Assembly (NCBI GenBank): GCA_964342815.1
Contig: CAYFHS010000019.1
Location: forward strand, 1 to 64,000
From: an uncultured archaeon
GTDB taxonomy: Archaea > Thermoplasmatota > Penumbrarchaeia > JASLWR01
Direction: 5' to 3'
Length of the DNA: 64,000 bases
In this document: positions 38,846-48,194 of the stretch, one piece after another
Layout of the letters: the number at the start of each line of letters is the position of its first letter
Numbering within the stretch: the first letter of the stretch is position 1
Notes under the pieces: generated by a model
The model's database searches: none
Seen by the model: only the letters and a program-made list of their open reading frames with translations
What the model was told of the DNA's origin: nothing
Position numbers and translations under genes: made by a program

Positions 38846-39421
38846 TCAAAGTTCTTCATCCTCATCCATTTCATATATGTATTCTATTACGCTGGTCTTG
38901 GCCTCTCTCCGTTTTCTTTCGAGGTACCCGTATACCGAAGCATGCTTGGATCCGGACAGCACCATGTCCACGGCCGTTCGGGATATATCAATACTTACAT
39001 AGTCCCCAATTATGGCAACCGTGTGACCGTAAATCGATAATTTACAGTCACCCAATTGCTCGATTATACGTTTGGTCTTCCCCTCTTTTCCTATCATGCG
39101 GCCCTTCATCTCTCTTATGCGTTTTGGTTTCTTTCCCGTATACTCTCTAATGTCGACAAGTGCGAAATACAGGTCCCGGTCTATTATATCCATGGCCTTT
39201 TCAGGACTGAAACCCCTTGCAATGGCCTTCACAACATCCCGCACCTTTAGGGCGAAAAGGGGATCTTTGACATTGGTTTCATCAAGATCAACAGTCCCTT
39301 CCTCCGAATCGATGGTCACTCTGATCCCGGTCTTTCTTTCGATCTCTCGTTTCACCTCACCGTTGGTACCGACAAGTATTGGAATCCGCTCATGAGGGAT
39401 CTTTAGATACAGCATTTTCAT
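38846..39421 (-). CDS. KH-domain rRNA-processing protein (Dim2/Pno1 family)
   Basis: IPILVGTNG and KGRMIGKEGKTK KH motifs; typical neighbour of rio1. Start trimmed to ATG 39421. Confidence 0.92.
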   Translation of the reverse strand: MKMLYLKIPHERIPILVGTNGEVKREIERKTGIRVTIDSEEGTVDLDETNVKDPLFALKVRDVVKAIARGFSPEKAMDIIDRDLYFALVDIREYTGKKPKRIREMKGRMIGKEGKTKRIIEQLGDCKLSIYGHTVAIIGDYVSIDISRTAVDMVLSGSKHASVYGYLERKRREAKTSVIEYIYEMDEDEEL

Positions 39422-39440
39422 CGCCTGATATATTATTGGA

Positions 39441-40244
39441 TCAAATCGAAAATATTTTTTTATCATCACCGGCCATTATATATTTAACAGCTTTTTTCCA
39501 GTCTGTAACAGCTCCTCTTCTTTCGAAAAATCGGGAAATGTTCTTCATATCCCGGAGGAACCATCTTCCCGCTTCGGGATGTTCTCTTACCACACATTGA
39601 CCTATGTCAATTATTACCATTCCCCCTTCCTCGGTGAGAAGTATATTGTATTCACTGAGGTCGGCATGGACGAGGAGGGCGTGGTTGTAAACTTTGAAAT
39701 ATTCCCCGATGATTTTCCTGTAAAGGTCGTCAGGATCTTCCATGATTACGTCTTTCAACATCGGCGCCGCCCCAAATTCATTCCCTATGTACTCCATCAC
39801 CAGGATATTTTTTGACACGTGAACCGGCCGGGGCACACGCACATTATTTTTTATCAATCTCGAAAGATTGTTATATTCCTTTTTTGCCCATACCGAGATC
39901 AATTGACGTCTCTTTCGTGGGATGTTCCTGTAACGTGGATTTCCGTCTATGTATTTCAATATATTTTTGAATGTTGCTGTAGAAGTGCGATATATTTTCA
40001 CCGCAAGAAATTCCCCGTCCGGGCTCGTTGCACGATAGACGTTCCCCTCCTTGCCAGTGGATATGGGGTGATCTAGGCTTCCTATAACCTCATTTGTGAT
40101 AAGCTTGTAAAGACAAAGAAGGGCGGCATGGTCGAATACCTCGTCGTAGGTCTTCCGTTGATTTGCATCCTTCTTTCTCGATTCAGATTTGGTATAACCG
40201 TCGATCCTTTCTTCAAGGATGTCGTACATTTCTTGAGAAGACAT
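39441..40244 (-). CDS. rio1: RIO1 family serine kinase/ATPase
   Basis: ISTGKEGNVY, AVKIY, LVHADLSEYNIL and IDIGQ motifs. Confidence 0.95.
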   Translation of the reverse strand: MSSQEMYDILEERIDGYTKSESRKKDANQRKTYDEVFDHAALLCLYKLITNEVIGSLDHPISTGKEGNVYRATSPDGEFLAVKIYRTSTATFKNILKYIDGNPRYRNIPRKRRQLISVWAKKEYNNLSRLIKNNVRVPRPVHVSKNILVMEYIGNEFGAAPMLKDVIMEDPDDLYRKIIGEYFKVYNHALLVHADLSEYNILLTEEGGMVIIDIGQCVVREHPEAGRWFLRDMKNISRFFERRGAVTDWKKAVKYIMAGDDKKIFSI

Positions 40245-40281
40245 TCATTCCACCGTTTTAGTGATGGATGGCGGATCAGGC

Positions 40282-40605
40282 CTAAAATACATCTATGATC
40301 TCCGGAAGCTTTCTTTTCTTGGACAGATAATACGCTTGGGTCTTCGTGTATCTGTATGCGACATCGGCTTTGTCGTCCTGAAACTCCCATGGTTTGACGA
40401 TGAGGAGATCTCCCACACGTATCCACATGCGTCGTTTCATCCTGCCAGGGATCCTTGCCATCCTGGATTTCCCGTCCTCGCACATGGCAATGAGCCTTGA
40501 GCCACCCAACAACTGCTCCGCTACTGCAAAAATCTCGCTTTTCTTTCTGTTCGGCAGTTTTACCCGGATGTACTCCGGTCGCACTTCGGTTTTCGGCTTT
40601 GCCAG
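40282..40605 (-). CDS. eif1A: Translation initiation factor aIF-1A
   Basis: QLLGGSRLIAMCEDGKSRMARIPGRMKRRMWIRVGD..IVKPWEFQ. Start uncertain: CTG 40605 after a GAGGG RBS, TTG 40644, or an internal GTG. Confidence 0.93.
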   Translation of the reverse strand: MAKPKTEVRPEYIRVKLPNRKKSEIFAVAEQLLGGSRLIAMCEDGKSRMARIPGRMKRRMWIRVGDLLIVKPWEFQDDKADVAYRYTKTQAYYLSKKRKLPEIIDVF

Positions 40606-40779
40606 ATAAATCCCTCTATTTTTAGTTTCTAATATTAAAAACAAAATCTATTCGACATTGTAAAGAGTATATTAGTAGTTTTGGTCCGGACTATCTCCCT
40701 TGCAGCGGCGTGAAGCTGGCACAAGAGCCGCCAGACAAGGATGCAGTATGGAGAATTACTGCAAGTTCGACGGATAATG

Positions 40780-41163
40780 TCATTCGAATCGGTCTATCCT
40801 TTCAAGCAGTTTTCTAGTTTCGGCCATCCGAATCTTGGGCGTTGTCTTTCCATACCACAGTACGAGACGTTTACCTAGTATTCTTAAAAGCCGCTGCTTG
40901 GATATCCTCTTTCCCTTTATCGTGGGTCTCCTCAGAAGTACTCTGCTGCATTTTTCCCAAGGAAGCGATGGGTGTGTGGCCTTTTCGTCCAGGCGGGGCG
41001 ACAGTTTGACGTATCTGCTGATAAGGGCGATCTCGGCCGTCGAAGGGGATGGAACTGAATTTAGCTTCGAAACCCTTCTCCCGTCCTTCCGGGATCTGGT
41101 AGCATCGAAATACTGGGGCCATATAACAAGGTAGCCGTCCCTCTTTGAGACCGTGATTATCAC
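40780..41163 (-). CDS. srp19: Signal recognition particle 19 kDa protein
   Basis: VIWPQYFDATRSRKDGRRV...P and HP..PWE motifs; directly after rps8e. Confidence 0.88.
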   Translation of the reverse strand: MIITVSKRDGYLVIWPQYFDATRSRKDGRRVSKLNSVPSPSTAEIALISRYVKLSPRLDEKATHPSLPWEKCSRVLLRRPTIKGKRISKQRLLRILGKRLVLWYGKTTPKIRMAETRKLLERIDRFE

Positions 41164-41179
41164 CTATCTATTATGACGA

Positions 41180-41599
41180 TTATTTCTTCTTCCCTCTTTT
41201 CTTGGTCTTATCGCGTTGACCGGTGTATATGGCGTTTATTATGCCGTGCTGCCCGGGTCGTGACGTTACCTTTGCCAGTTTTTCACCTTCCACCTCTATT
41301 ACCGCGCCTTTGGTAATGATGTTCCTTCTAACGTAATGAGGATTGGCCGTGTTTTCCACAACCCCGATGATCCTCAATTTCTCGGACCGTTTATTCGTCT
41401 GATCCACAACGTTGGCCCAGTGGGCTCCCAATAGACGGAGTTTTTTACCGCCTCCCGTTGTTCTGATCCTCTTTTTTCTCTCGTCTCGTACGAAGGTATG
41501 CAGTATTTCTCTGCCTATCTCAGTTTTCCGTTTTTTCCGTAAACTACGGTAACGACCGCCTGTAGGTTTCCTTCTTGATCGCCCTTGCCAAATTCCCAT
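41180..41599 (-). CDS. rps8e: 30S ribosomal protein S8e
   Basis: MGIWQGRSRRKPTGG...ENTANPHYVRRNIITKGA...SRPGQHG; AGGTGA RBS before ATG 41599. Confidence 0.97.
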   Translation of the reverse strand: MGIWQGRSRRKPTGGRYRSLRKKRKTEIGREILHTFVRDERKKRIRTTGGGKKLRLLGAHWANVVDQTNKRSEKLRIIGVVENTANPHYVRRNIITKGAVIEVEGEKLAKVTSRPGQHGIINAIYTGQRDKTKKRGKKK

Positions 41600-41902
41600 T
41601 GCTTTCACCTGCAAGTTTTTCCCAAGAACAATAAATTTCATATTAAAAGGTTGTTGCACGCTTTATTTATAAGGAAAAAGAAAGGAAATCCTCTTTTTTA
41701 GCCATACTCAATCAAGAAAGGGAACCTAATATGTCATGTGAGCGCCAGGAAAAAATCTATACTAATCCTTGTGTCTTGAAAAAAAATTAATATCTGAAAT
41801 TCAAAGAACAATATTTCTATAATTTAAACGGGTTTCTCCCCGAGTTCAGTTGATCAGCTTAGGTTACACGAATAAAATAAATTCACATCGATGTGAAAAA
41901 AA

Positions 41903-44900
41903 ATGACCAAAGCAGTTGTCGTAAAAAAAAATAAAATCCTCGCAGGTATCGACGCCGGCTCAACCACAGCCAAGATATCGATTCAATCAGCAGAAGGTGA
42001 AGTGCTATTCAGTGATTATAGAAGGCATCTTGGTGATATTCCCAAGACCCTGATTGACATAATTATGAGAGCGAAACAGGAAATGGGCGACATCGAAATA
42101 TCTCTAGCCGTTACAGGTTCAGCTGGAATGGGATTAGCCGAGCGCATGGGTTTCCCTTTCGTTCAAGAGGTGGTTGCAACAGCCAGCTACATCAGGAAAT
42201 ATCATCCCGAAGTAAGAACCCTTATCGACATTGGGGGGGAGGATTCCAAGATAATATTGTTCGATGCGGAGGGAAGGCCCGATATGCGAATGAACGGGAA
42301 CTGCGCTGGCGGAACGGGTTCCTTCATTGATCAGATGGCCTCACTTCTAAATGTAGAGATAGGGGAGATGAACGATCTGGCGGAGGAATCGGGAACTGTT
42401 CAGACTATAGCTTCGAGATGTGGTGTTTTCGCCAAGACCGACGTACAGAACCTGCTTTCCCGGAGAATATCCAAGGAAGATATCTCGGCCTCCATCTTTC
42501 ATGCTGTAGCGGTCCAGGCTGTCTCTACCCTTGCCAGGGGTTACGATCCGGGACCGAAGGTAATGTTCTGCGGCGGTCCATTAACATTTCTTCCAATGCT
42601 CAAGAAAGCCTTCCTTGATTTTCTCGGTTTTACAGAAGAGGACGAACTTATTCCTGAAAATCCCCTGTTCATTCCTGCCATGGGAACTGCGTTATACAAA
42701 GAGACCCCTCACCTTGAAATCAAATTATCCGAACTGGGTGCTGTTATAAAGGCGGCTTCCGAGATTGACAACAAGGTGGAAGGGCGCCTTGACCCCCTCT
42801 TCACCGATGAATCTGAATTCATGGATTGGAATGCGGCAAGAATGGTGGAGATCGGGGAGAACACCGACATCTCGACCCTGAACAATAAAAATTGCTTTTT
42901 GGGTATTGATTCTGGTAGTACGACCACCAAGATAGTGATCATCGATGAGAGGAGCCGATTGGCCTTTGGCTATTATGAAGGAAACAAAGGAGATCCGGTG
43001 GGTGCCGTAATCAAGGGTCTCGAAAAACTTTCCCGGATCTGTGATGATGGTGGGATCGAGCTGAACATCGTAAATTCATGCGTCACCGGTTATGGGGAGG
43101 ACCTAATAAAGGCAGCGTTTTCCGTTGATATGGGGATAGTGGAAACCCTTGGACACTTCAGGGCAGCGTCCAAATTTATAAAGGGCGTTTCATTTATATT
43201 AGATATCGGCGGCCAGGACATGAAGGCCATATTCATCGAGAACGGCGTCATTACGGATATCGAGATCAATGAAGCATGTTCTTCGGGTTGCGGCTCATTC
43301 ATTGAGACCTTTGCAAGGTCTCTAGGTTACGAAGTGGAAGAGTTCGCGAGAAGAGCGGCGTATTCCAAGGCTCCGTCGGACCTAGGGACTAGATGCACGG
43401 TCTTTATGAATTCCAAGGTGAAGCAGTCCTTCAGGGAAGGGGCGACGGTTGAGGATATCTCTGCCGGGCTTGCTTTCTCGGTGATCAAGAACTGTCTTTA
43501 TAAGGTGTTGAAAATAAAGGATACTTCAGTTCTGGGTGAAAAAATTGTGGTGCAGGGCGGTACCTTCCGTAATCCAGCGGTCCACAGGGCATTGGAGCTT
43601 ATTCTTGGGCAAAAAGTTGTCTGCTCTTCTGCTCCCGAACTTATGGGTGCGTACGGGGCTGCCCTAAAAGCTCTGGACCGGTGGAAGGAAGATTCCAGCA
43701 TGATTTCCACTTTCGTGGGGATGAAGGGTATCGATGGGGCGCGAACGTGCGAGGCAAAACACGTTAGATGCAAGGGATGCGAGAACCGCTGTACCGTTAC
43801 AATGCTGAAATTCGATCCAAAACATTTATTCTATACCGGCAATAAATGCGAGAGATACTTTTCGAACAGGGGGGCGGATCACAGGAGGGGTGAGAATCTG
43901 CTGGCGTACAAATTGGATCTTCTGTTCGGCATCCAAAAAGAACCGGAGGGAGAGCCTCTGGCAACTGTGGGTATTCCCCGCGTGCTCAACATGTTCGAAA
44001 ATTATCCTTTCTGGCACACTCTTTTTGTGGAATCTGGTATCAAAGTGGTTCTTTCACCTCCCTCCGAACAAAAGATATTGGAATTGGGCGCCCGGACGGT
44101 GATGTCGGAGAACATATGTTTTCCTGCGAAGTTGACGAACGGGCATATATTCGCCCTCGCGCAGATGGGCGTGGACCGAATATTCTACCCGATGGTTGTG
44201 TTCGAGGAACAGGAGTACGACGATTCTCTGAACCAGTTCAACTGTCCCATCGTGACCAGTTATCCTGACGTGATAAGGAATGCCATAATGCCAGATGTGA
44301 AATTCGGCATACCCTTCGATACACCACCGGTCTCCTTCGGGAGCATGAAACTACTCAAGGCCGTATGCTGGAAATACCTTAAGGGATTGGGAGTAAGGAA
44401 AAAAAGTTTCGAGAGAGCCTTTCGTGAAGCCTTAACGGCAAAACGGGAGTTCAAGGAGAAGCTGCGAAAACGCAGTTCCGAGATAATTGATAAGGCGCGG
44501 AAGGAGGGACGGATGGTTGTGCTGCTTCTGGGAAGACCGTATCATCTGGATCAGTTCATCAATAAGAAGGTACCTGAAATGATCGCCGACCTTGGTGTCG
44601 ATGTAATAAGCGAGGATTCGATCCCTTCTGACAGCGGTAAAGGATTGGATGATGTGGATGTGCTTACCCAGTGGGAATATCCGAACCGAATATATGCTGC
44701 TGCAAGATGGGCGGTCACAAAGCCGGGTGTCGAGGTTGTTCAGCTTAATTCTTTCGGCTGCGGGCCGGACGCCCTGATATGTGACGAGGCCAAGACGATA
44801 CTGGGGCGAAAAGGGAAAACCCATACGCTCATCAGGATAGACGAGGTTTCGAGTCCGGGCTCCATTAAGCTAAGGCTGCGTTCAATGATGGAATCGCTGG

Positions 44901-46189
44901 ACCAGAGGCGCTCGGGTTCAGGTGCCGCTTTGTTGCCTGATCAGAAGAACAAACCCTTTTTGGAAGCCGATAAGGAGAAGACCCTGATTATACCGTACTT
45001 TTCTCCTTTCCATTCCACCCCTCTCGAGGAAGCCCTGAAAACTATGGGTTATAATTTTCACACACTTCCACCACCCGATCGGGAAAGCGTTGACGTGGGA
45101 CAGAAATATACCAATAACGAGATCTGCTATCCGGCCACCATTGTAATAGGCGATCTGATAAAGGCACTTCAGTCCGGCGATTGGGATCTAGACAAGGTTG
45201 CAGTGGGATTGTCCCAGACCGGGGGGCAGTGCAGGGCGTCGAGCTACCTGTCCCTTCTTAAAAAGGCGTTGTTGTCCGCGGGTTTCGGCGACATTCCCGC
45301 CGTTACGGTGCATTTTTCAGATGAAAAATTGAACTATCAGCCCGGATTCCAGATCAGCAAGAAGAAGCTCGCACGTCTTGGTCTTTTGGGTGCGTTACTT
45401 TCCGATTCCATAATGCAGTTCCACCAGGCCACGGAGGTCCGTGAAAAGAAAAAAGGCAGTACACAGAAACTTACCGAACGCTGTCTCGATAGAATGAGCA
45501 AGATGATCACTGGAGAACTGAAAACAACACACTTGGCCTTGCTGCGTGAGGCGGTTGACGAGTTCAATCGTATCGAGACCCATGACGGGGATTATCCGGC
45601 AGTAGGATTTGTTGGTGAAATTTACGTGAAATACAATCCTTTCGCCAATTTCCGGATGTGCGATTGGCTGAAGGACAAGGGTATCGAAGTGGTTATCCCT
45701 CCCATGGTTGATTTCTTCACACAGGGTCTGATAAATACGCGGGAGAACCATAAAGCCAACATTCAACGTAGCAACAAGAATTATTTCATGTCCTACCCCG
45801 TTCAATGGTTTATCAACTATCATCATAATCGCTTCGAGAAGATCAAAAAGAATTTCAAGTATTACAGGCGAACCCACAAGATCGACGAACTGGCAGAGAA
45901 GGCATCGAAGATAGTCAGCCTTACCAATCAATTCGGCGAGGGATGGCTGATACCTGCGGAGATCGCCGCCTTTTACGAGGACGGAATTAAAAATATAATA
46001 TGCGTTCAACCCTTCGGCTGCATAGCGAACCACGTGATAGGCAAGGGAATCGAAAGAAGAATGAAGGAGATATACCCGGACCTGAACATTTTGTACCTGG
46101 ACTGCGACATGGGCTCTTCCGAGGTAAACGTCTTTAATAGATTGAATTTTCTCATCGAGTACGCGAGAGAGACCGTGGGGATGGTTTAA
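41903..46189 (+). CDS. Acyl-CoA dehydratase activase-related fusion protein (2x BadF/BadG/BcrA/BcrD ATPase plus DUF2229-type/dehydratase-like domains)
   Basis: Two GIDxGSTTxK...DIGGxDxK ASKHA domains with CAGGTG and CSSGCG Fe-S ligands; ENICFPAK, SFGCGPD, EICYP and PFGCIANH motifs. Confidence 0.9.
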   Translation: MTKAVVVKKNKILAGIDAGSTTAKISIQSAEGEVLFSDYRRHLGDIPKTLIDIIMRAKQEMGDIEISLAVTGSAGMGLAERMGFPFVQEVVATASYIRKYHPEVRTLIDIGGEDSKIILFDAEGRPDMRMNGNCAGGTGSFIDQMASLLNVEIGEMNDLAEESGTVQTIASRCGVFAKTDVQNLLSRRISKEDISASIFHAVAVQAVSTLARGYDPGPKVMFCGGPLTFLPMLKKAFLDFLGFTEEDELIPENPLFIPAMGTALYKETPHLEIKLSELGAVIKAASEIDNKVEGRLDPLFTDESEFMDWNAARMVEIGENTDISTLNNKNCFLGIDSGSTTTKIVIIDERSRLAFGYYEGNKGDPVGAVIKGLEKLSRICDDGGIELNIVNSCVTGYGEDLIKAAFSVDMGIVETLGHFRAASKFIKGVSFILDIGGQDMKAIFIENGVITDIEINEACSSGCGSFIETFARSLGYEVEEFARRAAYSKAPSDLGTRCTVFMNSKVKQSFREGATVEDISAGLAFSVIKNCLYKVLKIKDTSVLGEKIVVQGGTFRNPAVHRALELILGQKVVCSSAPELMGAYGAALKALDRWKEDSSMISTFVGMKGIDGARTCEAKHVRCKGCENRCTVTMLKFDPKHLFYTGNKCERYFSNRGADHRRGENLLAYKLDLLFGIQKEPEGEPLATVGIPRVLNMFENYPFWHTLFVESGIKVVLSPPSEQKILELGARTVMSENICFPAKLTNGHIFALAQMGVDRIFYPMVVFEEQEYDDSLNQFNCPIVTSYPDVIRNAIMPDVKFGIPFDTPPVSFGSMKLLKAVCWKYLKGLGVRKKSFERAFREALTAKREFKEKLRKRSSEIIDKARKEGRMVVLLLGRPYHLDQFINKKVPEMIADLGVDVISEDSIPSDSGKGLDDVDVLTQWEYPNRIYAAARWAVTKPGVEVVQLNSFGCGPDALICDEAKTILGRKGKTHTLIRIDEVSSPGSIKLRLRSMMESLDQRRSGSGAALLPDQKNKPFLEADKEKTLIIPYFSPFHSTPLEEALKTMGYNFHTLPPPDRESVDVGQKYTNNEICYPATIVIGDLIKALQSGDWDLDKVAVGLSQTGGQCRASSYLSLLKKALLSAGFGDIPAVTVHFSDEKLNYQPGFQISKKKLARLGLLGALLSDSIMQFHQATEVREKKKGSTQKLTERCLDRMSKMITGELKTTHLALLREAVDEFNRIETHDGDYPAVGFVGEIYVKYNPFANFRMCDWLKDKGIEVVIPPMVDFFTQGLINTRENHKANIQRSNKNYFMSYPVQWFINYHHNRFEKIKKNFKYYRRTHKIDELAEKASKIVSLTNQFGEGWLIPAEIAAFYEDGIKNIICVQPFGCIANHVIGKGIERRMKEIYPDLNILYLDCDMGSSEVNVFNRLNFLIEYARETVGMV

Positions 46190-46311
46190 TCCAGATCATT
46201 TCTGTAATGGGATGGATCCCAGTGGCAGTTCTGGAAGATGAATAAAATTATGATAATGAACATGTGTGTATTAGAAAACGGTTGTTGTCAGTATATTATT
46301 CTATATTTATT

Positions 46312-47289
46312 TCAGGGTAATTCAATCATAACCTTTATGCAAATATAATCGAAATATATGACAGGTGTTGAAACGAGTCCACCATGATTTTCATACCTTA
46401 AATCAATGTCTTCGATATTTATTGTATGCAAATCAAGTCTTTCGGAAATGTCAATCCTTACTTCAATCTCGTTTTCAGTGGAATTAAACGAATATCCCGT
46501 ATCAATAATAGAATCAGAATATATTATTTTTAGTGTATTCAAATTTGAATATGAAGGATCAGTTTTATATTTTATTTGTATTGTAAGTCCTTCTATCTTA
46601 CCAGAGAAGGAATCATTGCCAAAATCCGTTACTTGAAGAATATGAGGGCCTAAACCCCCCCCTCCGACATAATAATATATATCATCATCTTCAATCAATC
46701 TTTGTTCATTTTCTGGGGTGAAATAATAAACACCTATGTTAATCGATTCAGAGTCTAATACTTTTATCAAATCGCTACAAATCTTATTCAAATTTTGATA
46801 TCCCTTCTGAATATCGTTATTTCCTTCGATCCATACTCGTGTATACTCCTCTTCGACATCTACATGAAATTTATGACTATTGAACTTTCCCTCGACAACC
46901 ACATTTCCATTATCATCTATCATCTCGATGGGCCTATCAGCTATGCACATACAAAATAAATCCGGATCATTCCCCTTTTTTTCCAATAATCCTTTCACCA
47001 ATGGGAACCAGATGTCATTTCCGATGGAACAATTGTAATCATTTTTTATTTCATATAATACTATTTCCGAAGTCCTGTTAAACATTTTAGCTGTGATCTC
47101 AATAATATCAGTTTTAAAAATGATTGCGAAATCATAGGACATATCAGATGAGTAATTGTCATATTGAATATGGATTTCACCAGGATTTGGTATGATTATA
47201 TCCTCCTCCGACCAAAATACAGAAAACCCAACTATTAGCAGAGTGACGATAAGCAAAGAGGGCAGTAAAACCATTAACTTCTTATTCAT
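46312..47289 (-). CDS. Membrane-anchored hypothetical protein, AT-rich gene
   Basis: 325-aa ORF with N-terminal TM; no family recognised. Confidence 0.7.
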   Translation of the reverse strand: MNKKLMVLLPSLLIVTLLIVGFSVFWSEEDIIIPNPGEIHIQYDNYSSDMSYDFAIIFKTDIIEITAKMFNRTSEIVLYEIKNDYNCSIGNDIWFPLVKGLLEKKGNDPDLFCMCIADRPIEMIDDNGNVVVEGKFNSHKFHVDVEEEYTRVWIEGNNDIQKGYQNLNKICSDLIKVLDSESINIGVYYFTPENEQRLIEDDDIYYYVGGGGLGPHILQVTDFGNDSFSGKIEGLTIQIKYKTDPSYSNLNTLKIIYSDSIIDTGYSFNSTENEIEVRIDISERLDLHTINIEDIDLRYENHGGLVSTPVIYFDYICIKVMIELP

Positions 47290-47549
47290 AAATCCTTCCT
47301 CGGTAATAAATAATTACAGGTCATGTAGAACAGGAATCCCCTCTTTTAATATTTTATGCGGAATCAGCCCTCCGGCCACTATTCATAGACTTCCTTCCAT
47401 TTACTATTCTGTATAATAAAGTTCATAAAGATAAAGTTTTTGGGTTTAAACCGTATGGCGATGCTGAAATTGCACATAAATTCTTCGAACTCTGCTAGAA
47501 TATCCCACTTTGCACTTTGTTATGTCCAAGCTCATTCCTGCGGAAGGAA

Positions 47550-47975
47550 TCAGGGTACGCAGATAGTTTTTACTTCGGGTTCTTTCCGGGGGCGGGCGCA
47601 ATGTTCAGCAAACAGGTTAACGCCATGATAAACATACCACGCCCTGAACGAACACATTTTATCTTCAAGACAGATATCTTTCAAGATTTGATCTGCGCGC
47701 TTCCTGTGACCCTTATGATCCAGTGCGCTTAGACGCATTAATTGATACAAAGCGTCATGGACCAGAGACCCACGCATGAAGGTCTTTGTATCAAAGGTAG
47801 GTCCGCTAGGTCCATCCCATGCGTAACCCTTCTTGATAGTTAAAATCCCTTCGGCAGACAATGAGATAAATTCGAATTCTTTATGTTCACTTGGCTTGAT
47901 ATCAATTTGAATGACATAATCTTTCATCAACTGATACTTGTAGTTCCCAAGTTCTCTGTAGCAAGCCTTGTCCAT
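47550..47975 (-). CDS. DUF1353-like protein
   Basis: GYAWDGPS and GSLVHDALYQ...ADQIL motifs; GGAGG RBS. Confidence 0.75.
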   Translation of the reverse strand: MDKACYRELGNYKYQLMKDYVIQIDIKPSEHKEFEFISLSAEGILTIKKGYAWDGPSGPTFDTKTFMRGSLVHDALYQLMRLSALDHKGHRKRADQILKDICLEDKMCSFRAWYVYHGVNLFAEHCARPRKEPEVKTICVP

Positions 47976-48194
47976 CGATATATCCTCCTGTATTGAAACT
48001 CTAAGTAATTGTAGAAGTAAAAAAACTTATGTCATAAATAAGTAATTACCTTTAATAACTTTTGATATTTCGGGCCGAAATAAGAAGAGGGGTCGTGCGA
48101 GTAATCGTGTTGTTCCAGTATCTTAGGTAAAGTAGGTTAAGCTATATCATAAAACTCAGCTTTGATGAACAAAGCTCTCCCCTTTATTCCATTT

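Noticed and set aside
47440-47530. Integron attC site after the DUF1353-like gene (ACATAAC R'' box)
   Set aside because: No matching GTTRRRY or L-box symmetry within range, and no integrase in the window.
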